Shown here piece after piece: positions 1 through 7,371 of a stretch of 24,709 nucleotides of DNA (the stretch's first letter is position 1; each line of letters begins with the position of its first letter). Origin of the DNA: a bacterium. Lineage in GTDB: Bacteria; Muiribacteriota; UBA6191. Location of the stretch: assembly GCA_036339875.1 (NCBI GenBank), contig JAYZAC010000059.1, positions 1 through 24,709 of the forward strand. Direction: 5' to 3'. Below the pieces are notes generated by a model. The model did not search any database. It worked only from the letters and a program-made list of their open reading frames with translations, and was not told the DNA's origin. A program made the translations under genes and the position numbers.

Positions 1-1007
1 TCTGGAAACAAAACAAGCAGAAAGCCAACACTGGAAATAAATAGAAGTGCTACTTTCACCACATCCATTCCCCAAAGAAAAGCATCTTCTTTATCTTTAC
101 GTCCCAAAGCTTGGCCCACAAGCGAAGCCGCCCCCAAACCAAGACCCATCCCAGGCAGAATGCAAACAAGCATTATATTGATTAGTACGTGAGCGGCTGC
201 GGTCTCCGGTGTACCGATTAAACCTATAATATAAAATAACGCCGTAAGGCCTGCTGAGAAAAAAACCTGCTGAGTAGACGCCGGAAATGAAACCTTAAGC
301 AGATTTAATAGATTTTTTATTTTTGGTAAGTCTTTCAAAAACCCGTTAGATCGTGCAAGACGAAAAGCCATGACAAAATACAGAAGTGTACCAAATACCA
401 TGGAAAGGGAAGTACCGATAGCAGCCCCTTTCACACCTAATTCTGGAAATCCAAAGTTACCGAAAATGAGACCATAATTTAGAAAAATATTTAGAAGGTG
501 CATGCTCACAAGCGTACCCATGTAGATATGACTTAGATTCACCGCATTCCAATAACCTCGAAAAGCATAGTTCATTGCCACAAAGACGATTGCCAAAACT
601 CTCCATAATAGATATTCCTGACCTAGATCAACCACCTCTTTATCAGGATTAATTAATGGAAAAAAGATAGGAATCAACTGAGTTAACAGAGCTGTTAATA
701 AGATACCTACTATAAAAACAATTAATAGCCCAGCATTGAGCGGGTTCGCTACTTCAGACCTTCGACCTTCTCCCAACCTTCTAGCTGAAATAGCCTGCAC
801 TCCCGAAGAAATACCCAGCAAAGATGCCTGACAAAAAAAGTTTACTAAGCCACCAATACCTACAGCAGCTAACGCTGCCGTTCCTAATTGACCTACCATT
901 GCCGTATCAACTAAATTGAAAATATTTTGACTAACCATACCGCCCATGATTGGTAGCGATAGAGTCATGATTAATCTTAAACGTGAACGGGAAGGCAATA
1001 TGGTCAT
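1..1007 (-). CDS. MATE family efflux transporter (3' end outside the window)
   Basis: Not in the ORF track because it is truncated. Reading from ATG at 1007 gives MTILPSRSRLRLIMTLSLPIMGGMVSQNIFNLVDTAMVGQLGTAALAAVGIGG..., the typical MATE TM1 signature (P..........VDT.MVG.LG..ALAAVG), followed by further hydrophobic segments. Confidence 0.9.
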   Translation of the reverse strand, partial: MTILPSRSRLRLIMTLSLPIMGGMVSQNIFNLVDTAMVGQLGTAALAAVGIGGLVNFFCQASLLGISSGVQAISARRLGEGRRSEVANPLNAGLLIVFIVGILLTALLTQLIPIFFPLINPDKEVVDLGQEYLLWRVLAIVFVAMNYAFRGYWNAVNLSHIYMGTLVSMHLLNIFLNYGLIFGNFGFPELGVKGAAIGTSLSMVFGTLLYFVMAFRLARSNGFLKDLPKIKNLLNLLKVSFPASTQQVFFSAGLTALFYIIGLIGTPETAAAHVLINIMLVCILPGMGLGLGAASLVGQALGRKDKEDAFLWGMDVVKVALLFISSVGFLLVLFP

Positions 1008-1032
1008 GGGCTCAAAATAATTGAATAAGTGA

Positions 1033-2847
1033 TTAGTTTCCAGACTGTGTTAGCTTCTCGAACTGTGTAAAAACCTCGAGCATATTCCAGTAAGCTAAAT
1101 CTGTGTAAGCAAACAATAATGGAGGCATACTTACCCCCAAATATTCAGGTTTGATTGGGTAAAATTCTGATTTTTCTAAATAGCTTATACCCTTCTTGAT
1201 TGCTATGTGATCGCTAGGTAAGCAATCAATCAAGCTTCGAATTACCCAAGCAGTTTGTTGTATAGATGACTCGCCTTTACCGGCTAGGTTTACATCAAAA
1301 TAGCTCTCGGGATTTTCACCAAAACCACCATCATCATTTTGACAGCTCAATAAAAAATTCAAAGAATTTTGAATCAAATTATCATTATTTTCTACACCGA
1401 TGCTTTTCAAACCTAACAAAACTCTTGATGTCCCATATAGATAATTAACCCCCCAACGGGCCCAAAAACCTCCAAAACTTAATTGCTCTAAACGGAGATA
1501 TCTCAATGCTTTTGATACAACTTTACTCTTCAAAGTATAGCCAGTTGAGCCAAGAGCCATTAATACATGCCCAGTAACATCTGCTGAACCAAAATCATTT
1601 ACGATAGCATGCTTGAAAAAACCTTTATTTGCTATACCATAATGCCCATGATTCTTAGCAAACTGGTTTCTACTCCAAGCTGCCCAAGAACCATCGCTAT
1701 TCTGCATTTGCAATAACCAATTTAATGCTTTTTTTGAAGTCGCTTCATAAGAATTAGAAGACATGATTACTTTATGACGATTAAGGGCTAAGATTGCTAG
1801 GGCGGTATCATCACAGTCCGGATAATTAGGATTATTTTCCTGATAACTCCATCCTCCGCATGGCGTCTGCTGACTCAATAAATATTCAATCAACGGTTTT
1901 GCTAGATCAATATCCTCTTCAGGGCTTAATGCCAACAACCCATGCGAAGTTTCCCAAATAGGTCCAACAAAGGGATCTTGTACTAAGAATCCATTTTCTT
2001 GATGCTGAAGACTTTTAAGAAAATCTAATCCTGTCCTGATTTCCGAGCTATCATTTTGAAAACCAAGTTCCTTTAATCCCATTAGACCATATATAGTCAT
2101 TTGAGAGACACCGAAGAAACTTCCATCGCTATTCTGCTGAGCAGGTATACTATCAGACAAGTATAAACATGCTTGTTCTTCAAATTGAGGTACAAATCTT
2201 CGAGCACTATTTAACATAATCAATTCCAACTTGGATCTCATACTAAAAGTACTAGGTCGGGTTAATTTTTGATTACGCATCACAAGGGACATTACCTCCA
2301 GGGCTAAAAACATCCAAGGTGATAAATTTTTTTTCAATACATTGAGTGTAAATTTCGTTCCCAACAATTCTCGAGTTACAGGCGGAAAGGTGTCCCAACT
2401 CACTAGTCCACGCGCACAAGCCCAGAATCGAGTCAAATTTCGAGTCCCAGCAAGACTTGTATTTCCATCTTTGAACAAACATGATTTAAGTTCAATAATC
2501 TCGAGTTTTTCCTCTATCTCTGGCTTGATCAATGAATCACTATTTTTTAAAAAATCTCGCCATTCAAGAAGCGCCAAGTAAACATGGGCAGTTGCATCAA
2601 AACGACCTCGCTCAATTCCATCAGTCACCAAGTAATTTCCGTCACCTCTATCGAGCGTTATTAAACCTAGAAGCATTGATTCAATAGTCTCGCTAAGAGA
2701 ACAATCCAGATATCTATACAAGAGTAGCGTTTCGGCTGTATCAACTACCGAACCTAAATTGCGAGAAGCTAGCTTCCCTTTGATATTAATACGCTCACGT
2801 AATTTTTGTTTTAGTAACGCGCGCTTGGATTTCAAATTAGATTCCAA
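1033..2847 (-). CDS. shc: Squalene-hopene cyclase-like class II terpene cyclase (divergent)
   Basis: YPDCDDTA protonation motif (DxDDTA; nt 1801-1818), QW repeats (QNSDGSF, QNSDGSW, QNDDGGFGE), PIWET, DVTGH and RWGVNYLYGT. Its start overlaps the glnS stop by 11 nt. Confidence 0.85.
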   Translation of the reverse strand: MESNLKSKRALLKQKLRERINIKGKLASRNLGSVVDTAETLLLYRYLDCSLSETIESMLLGLITLDRGDGNYLVTDGIERGRFDATAHVYLALLEWRDFLKNSDSLIKPEIEEKLEIIELKSCLFKDGNTSLAGTRNLTRFWACARGLVSWDTFPPVTRELLGTKFTLNVLKKNLSPWMFLALEVMSLVMRNQKLTRPSTFSMRSKLELIMLNSARRFVPQFEEQACLYLSDSIPAQQNSDGSFFGVSQMTIYGLMGLKELGFQNDSSEIRTGLDFLKSLQHQENGFLVQDPFVGPIWETSHGLLALSPEEDIDLAKPLIEYLLSQQTPCGGWSYQENNPNYPDCDDTALAILALNRHKVIMSSNSYEATSKKALNWLLQMQNSDGSWAAWSRNQFAKNHGHYGIANKGFFKHAIVNDFGSADVTGHVLMALGSTGYTLKSKVVSKALRYLRLEQLSFGGFWARWGVNYLYGTSRVLLGLKSIGVENNDNLIQNSLNFLLSCQNDDGGFGENPESYFDVNLAGKGESSIQQTAWVIRSLIDCLPSDHIAIKKGISYLEKSEFYPIKPEYLGVSMPPLLFAYTDLAYWNMLEVFTQFEKLTQSGN

Positions 2848-4516
2848 GCTTAGCTTTCAGTTTCGCCCAACCATCTTTCAAAGGTAAGATACGATTAAAA
2901 ATAGGATTCTGTTCAGAATGTTGTTCAGTTGTATAAAAATAACCAACGCGCTCAAACTGCACTCGCTCTCCTGAAGGCAAACTTGCCAGCAATGGCTCAA
3001 TTTTGGCATTAACCACTTTCAAGGAGTCCGGATTTATAGCCTGCGTAAAATCATCTGACTCCTCAGGGTTCTCTGCTGCAAATAAATGGTCATAGAGCCT
3101 TAGCTCAGCATCTAAGCAATGTTGTGCTGAAACCCAGTGAATTGTCCCTTTTACTTTGCGACCATCCGGGGCCAAGCCGCCAACACTTTCAGGATCATAG
3201 GTACAATTGATCTGCACCACATTGCCTGATTCGTCTTCAATTACGTCGGTACACGTTAATAAGTAAGCATACTTAAACCTTACTTCTCGACCAGGAGCTA
3301 ACCGAAAATATTTTTTAGGAGGATTCAGCATGAAGTCTTCTCGATCAATGTATAACTCTCTAGAAAAAGGCATATCCCTTTTACCCAATGATTCATCTTC
3401 CTGATTTATTTTTGATCGAATCATTTCCTCATGATTCTCGGGGTAATTAGTAACGACAACTTTAATAGGATCAAGAACGGCCATATAACGATGAGCCTCA
3501 CGATTTAATTCTTCCCTTACACAACTATGAAACATAGCCACATCAACTGTAGAATCAGCTTTTGCCATTCCAATACGACGACAAAAGTCTCGGATGGATG
3601 AAGGACTAAAACCACGTTTACGCATTCCCGCTAAAGTGGGCATACGAGGATCATCCCAGCCATTCACATGGCCCTCCTCTACAAGTCTCAAGAACTTCCT
3701 TTTTGACATTACGGTATAGGTCATATTTAATCTAGCAAATTCAATTTGTCTAGGCCTATGTGGAACATCAATATTATCTATAAACCAATCGTATAGAGGT
3801 CTATGATTTTCGAACTCAAGACTACACAAAGAATGCGTTATACCTTCAATCGCGTCAGACAGACCATGCGCAAAGTCATACATTGGATAAATGCACCATT
3901 CATCGCCACTTCGATGGTGGTGTACTTTACGAACTCTATAAATAGCTGGGTCACGCATATTCATATTTGCAGAGCCCATATCTATTTTAGCTCGCAAGGT
4001 CGATTGGCCATCTTCCATCTCGCCATTCTTCATCTTCTCAAATAAAGCTAAGTTCTCCTTAACACTCCTGGTTCGATACGGACTGTTTTTACCTGGTTCA
4101 GTAAGAGTTCCGCGATATTCCCGTACCTCCTCTGCAGTTAGGTCACACACATACGCTAGGCCTTTTTCGATAAGATTGATCGCATATTGATATAGTTTGG
4201 GAAAGTAGTCAGAAGTAAAATATAAACGGTCATGCCAATCATAGCCTAACCATTGAATATCCCTCTTAATAGCTTCAACGTATTTACTATCTTCTTTGAC
4301 AGGATTTGTGTCATCGAGCCTCAAATTACACAAGCCATCGTACTGCTTGGAAATCTCGAAATTCAGACAAATAGCTTTGGTATGGCCAATATGTAAATAA
4401 CCATTTGGCTCTGGGGGAAAGCGAGTCATAACGCGGCCATCATTCTTACCTGCAGCAAGATCTTTCTCAACTTCATGCTGAATAAAATGTTTCGGCTCTG
4501 CTTTTTCGCTATCCAT
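2837..4516 (-). CDS. glnS: Glutamine--tRNA ligase
   Basis: TRFPPEPNGYLHIGH (HIGH), DDTNP, WCIYPMYDFAH, MSKR, GWDDPRMPT, KVKGTIHWVS, QFERVGYF. ATG at 4516 is preferred over GTG at 4537 because GAGAGGGG (SD) lies just upstream. No C-terminal YqeY extension. Confidence 0.97.
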   Translation of the reverse strand: MDSEKAEPKHFIQHEVEKDLAAGKNDGRVMTRFPPEPNGYLHIGHTKAICLNFEISKQYDGLCNLRLDDTNPVKEDSKYVEAIKRDIQWLGYDWHDRLYFTSDYFPKLYQYAINLIEKGLAYVCDLTAEEVREYRGTLTEPGKNSPYRTRSVKENLALFEKMKNGEMEDGQSTLRAKIDMGSANMNMRDPAIYRVRKVHHHRSGDEWCIYPMYDFAHGLSDAIEGITHSLCSLEFENHRPLYDWFIDNIDVPHRPRQIEFARLNMTYTVMSKRKFLRLVEEGHVNGWDDPRMPTLAGMRKRGFSPSSIRDFCRRIGMAKADSTVDVAMFHSCVREELNREAHRYMAVLDPIKVVVTNYPENHEEMIRSKINQEDESLGKRDMPFSRELYIDREDFMLNPPKKYFRLAPGREVRFKYAYLLTCTDVIEDESGNVVQINCTYDPESVGGLAPDGRKVKGTIHWVSAQHCLDAELRLYDHLFAAENPEESDDFTQAINPDSLKVVNAKIEPLLASLPSGERVQFERVGYFYTTEQHSEQNPIFNRILPLKDGWAKLKAKLGI

Positions 4517-4545
4517 GTTGCCCCTCTCAAAATCCACGATCAGAA

Positions 4546-4554
4546 ATTATATCA
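4546..4554 (-). promoter_or_regulatory. Candidate extended -10 promoter (TGnTATAAT) for the glnS operon
   Basis: The minus strand reads TGATATAAT about 30 nt upstream of the glnS ATG. No consensus -35. Confidence 0.5.
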
Positions 4555-4772
4555 AAGTATATTCAAAGAAGGTGTATGCAATTCAAAACTTTACTAAAGT
4601 TTTTACAAAGAAACATTAGGGCTCAAAACTTGGAATGTTATGATGATTAAGGATGTCAAACAACTCTGTTAAATGATTTTACACCTAAGTATAAGAATTA
4701 GCAGAGGTGTAAATTTCAAGCTCCATGTTACCCTATACTTATAGCTGAGCTAATGGTGAATAAATAATTGCA

Positions 4773-5249
4773 ATGAAACCTAAAAAGATTTCTATCGATC
4801 CTGAAACACGTGCCACATTACTACATTTCTGTGAAAGACTTGATTTTCAAAAAATTGTAGATTGGGTAAACGCTTATGCAGAGCGGAGTGAATCCATAAC
4901 CAAATTGGATGACGAAGAATTCACTGTCTTGGCCGGTTATCTGGTTCAAAATACAAGCTATCAATTGGCATTAGAAGTTGAAAATATTCTCCCCAATATA
5001 GAAGATGCACAACTCAAAGCTTTTCTCGCTAGATTAAGAGATGAATTAAGACATTGGTCTTTACGAGAATTAAGAGATGCTCAGGCCTATGGTCTAGTGG
5101 GAATGTGGGGCCACAAAAGGCGGCAGCTTTATGCTTATTTGGGCATAGAAGTCAAAAAATCGTCTTCACCTGCAAATTTTGCTGCGAAAGTTAAAGAAGC
5201 TAAACCGCCTGAAAATATAGATGAACCTGAAAATAAACCTGTTAATTAG
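4773..5249 (+). CDS. Hypothetical protein (158 aa, probably helical, with a disordered Pro/Glu/Lys tail)
   Basis: Fills the gap between divergent glnS and the convergent nuclease gene. Protein-like composition, no recognised motif. Confidence 0.8.
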   Translation: MKPKKISIDPETRATLLHFCERLDFQKIVDWVNAYAERSESITKLDDEEFTVLAGYLVQNTSYQLALEVENILPNIEDAQLKAFLARLRDELRHWSLRELRDAQAYGLVGMWGHKRRQLYAYLGIEVKKSSSPANFAAKVKEAKPPENIDEPENKPVN

Positions 5250-5262
5250 TCTCAAAAATTTC

Positions 5263-6633
5263 TTAATTTTTAGGCTTGTCGATCTGCAGTGTGCGGTACC
5301 GAAAGACTTTGCTATTTGAAGATTTCTGCTTTGACGCATTCAGAACATATCTCTTTATTATCTTATAGCAATCTATATCAAAAGGATCCTCTACTGAGTA
5401 AGAATTTTTTATCTTAATTGCATCTAATCTACTCTTAGCAGAACCTATATATCTCCACTGGTCAACCACATGATATTGTAAGTCTCCCGTCACTAAATTT
5501 TTCTCTTTAAGAGCGACTCGACCATGAAAAGGCCATGTGGCAAATCTAATATTCTCTAGTGCTAACTGTAATCGAGCATTGTATGCACCACTTGGTTCAT
5601 TATCGCAGCATGCACCCTCACACTTTTTAATTTGAAAACCAAAACAAGGCCCATTTCCAGATTCGAGACCGCATAATTTTTTACAGAGCTTAAATCTCGT
5701 GACTATTGATTTCAGTAGCCCCAGTGCTTCTCCCTTAGAGCTAAAAAGGGTAATAAATATTAGATCATTATTAGCTCCTGTTAGCAGCGCATCAACCGCT
5801 TTTTTTCCAGTGATAATTCGGCAGTGTAAATAGCCGCTATTATCCTCTTGCAAACACAGAGCTATGCGCTTAGTGGTTTCTCTGAGGCGAAGATTATACG
5901 CAGGTTTTAAGCGTTTAATTAAGTCTGACTCAAGTAGTAGAGCACCTAACTCACCCGCAGTAAGCTGAAAATCAATACGTCTAATTTCGTTACACATTTT
6001 AGTTTCCCGGCGATTTTTTCCGTCTTCTTGAAAATGAGAAATTATTCTTTGGCGTAAGTGAATACTCTTACCAACGTACAATAGTCTATCTGCCAAACCA
6101 TAGAATAAATACACACCACATTTGTCTGGTATAAGGTCTAAAGCAACAGCGGGTAAATTCGGAGGTAAATAGCTCAATTTAAGTAAAGGATTTAAGCCTT
6201 TCTCTAACTCATCGGAATCGAAATTTTCAATTATTTCAAGCAACTCTTCATAGCTTGCCAAGGGATCTTGAATATCAATCTCATATTTTCGATTAATGCG
6301 TTTGAATAAACGAGTCAGACAAAAAGAATGAAACTTGCATTGATAACCTGACTTAGCCAAACGTAATTTTATATTTACCGCTAGAGACTTGGCATCGAAA
6401 GCCATAATAAATCTAGACTCCAAGATACAAGCAAGAAACTCTGGTTTCCATTCATGTTGATTGAATTTAGATTTTCCAAAATTATAGGGAAAACTTTCTA
6501 TCAACATCTGTCCTGAATTTTCAGTAGATGGGCAAACAACTACCAGTTCTCTAATCTCGCTATCTCGATACTGGCTTGATGAGTTAAAAAATAATAATAC
6601 CGGTCGCTTACTTAAAAGCTTATTTTCGTACAA
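5263..6633 (-). CDS. Cho/UvrC-like GIY-YIG excinuclease with a degenerate N-terminal DEDDh exonuclease-like domain
   Basis: GVYLFYG...LLYVGKSIHLRQRIISHF (GIY-YIG), TAGELGALLLESDLIK..KPAYN, a Cys cluster (LCKKLC..PCF....KCEGACC), WPFHG and VDQWRYIG as in Cho. TTG start with AGGAG SD upstream. Confidence 0.88.
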   Translation of the reverse strand: MYENKLLSKRPVLLFFNSSSQYRDSEIRELVVVCPSTENSGQMLIESFPYNFGKSKFNQHEWKPEFLACILESRFIMAFDAKSLAVNIKLRLAKSGYQCKFHSFCLTRLFKRINRKYEIDIQDPLASYEELLEIIENFDSDELEKGLNPLLKLSYLPPNLPAVALDLIPDKCGVYLFYGLADRLLYVGKSIHLRQRIISHFQEDGKNRRETKMCNEIRRIDFQLTAGELGALLLESDLIKRLKPAYNLRLRETTKRIALCLQEDNSGYLHCRIITGKKAVDALLTGANNDLIFITLFSSKGEALGLLKSIVTRFKLCKKLCGLESGNGPCFGFQIKKCEGACCDNEPSGAYNARLQLALENIRFATWPFHGRVALKEKNLVTGDLQYHVVDQWRYIGSAKSRLDAIKIKNSYSVEDPFDIDCYKIIKRYVLNASKQKSSNSKVFRYRTLQIDKPKN

Positions 6634-6762
6634 AGCCTACTCCTGATTTATCTTAACTTTAACACTTTAAATAATAGTTCATTTCGAAATTCAAAAATGA
6701 AACATTTCTTCAAAATGAAAAGTATAATGGACTCAAATAGGCTTAAAATCTGCATTTTAAGA

Positions 6763-6778
6763 TGGCATAGAGCTTGTA
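6763..6778 (+). promoter_or_regulatory. Candidate sigma-54 (-24/-12) promoter of the Hsp20 gene
   Basis: TGGCATAGAGCTTGTA versus consensus TGGCACnnnnnTTGCW. GG-N10-GT spacing is correct, but -12 is GT rather than GC. It lies about 70 nt upstream of the ATG at 6850. Confidence 0.5.
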
Positions 6779-6849
6779 GTTATCTCCGTAGTTTTTGAAA
6801 GAAAATGCTAAATGATCGCAAAGTAAAAAACAAAAAGAAGGAGATTATC

Positions 6850-7302
6850 ATGACGAACGGATTAATATTTAGAATGAATAGACACCCACTTCAAAATAGC
6901 TTGTTCAAACATTTTTTTGATGATGTTTTTGCTGATTTGGAGCCCTTTGAAAATAAATCCTACTTTCAGCCCAAAGCTGATATTAGAGAACTAAAAGACG
7001 TATTTGAAATCACACTTGAAGTCGCAGGTCTTAAATTAGAAGATATTGAAGTTACCCTAAATGACAATATTTTAGAGATTAAGGGTCAGAAAAATCAGCA
7101 AAAGCTAGATGATGAAGATTCAAAAATTCATCGAACAGAAAGAGCGTATGGTTCATTTGAACGTAAATTTAAGGTCCCCGAAATGATCCACGGGCAAGAT
7201 ATTGAGGCCACCATGAAGGATGGTGTACTTAGTGTAGTCTTACCCAAAAAACAGGAACATAAAATGGAATCAAAACGTCGCATTGAAATAAAAACATCTT
7301 AA
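6850..7302 (+). CDS. Hsp20/alpha-crystallin family small heat-shock protein
   Basis: PKADIRE...LEVAGL..EDIEV......LEIKG, ERAYGSFERKF, ATMKDGVLSVVLPK and the C-terminal IxI motif RRIEIK. ATG at 6850 is preceded by AAGGAG and preferred over 6805. Confidence 0.95.
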   Translation: MTNGLIFRMNRHPLQNSLFKHFFDDVFADLEPFENKSYFQPKADIRELKDVFEITLEVAGLKLEDIEVTLNDNILEIKGQKNQQKLDDEDSKIHRTERAYGSFERKFKVPEMIHGQDIEATMKDGVLSVVLPKKQEHKMESKRRIEIKTS

Positions 7303-7323
7303 TTAGATGACAAATATTTTTTT

Positions 7324-7358
7324 AGACCGAATCTCCTTCGGGAGTTCGGTCTTTTCTT
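7324..7358 (+). terminator. Rho-independent terminator after Hsp20
   Basis: AGACCGAA-T-CTCC-TTCG-GGAG-TTCGGTCT: a 12-bp stem with a 1-nt bulge and a C(UUCG)G tetraloop, followed by TTTCTT. Confidence 0.85.
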
Positions 7359-7371
7359 GTATTATATCGTT

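Noticed and set aside
4517..4772. T-box riboswitch upstream of glnS
   Set aside because: No T-box consensus (GGTGGnACCRCG) or terminator on the minus strand, and the candidate promoter lies only about 30 nt from the start.
5033..5079. Short direct repeats (ATTAAGAGATG twice, GAATTAAGA twice) in the 4773 gene
   Set aside because: Explained by the recurring LRD/ELR peptide. Too short and too few for an array.
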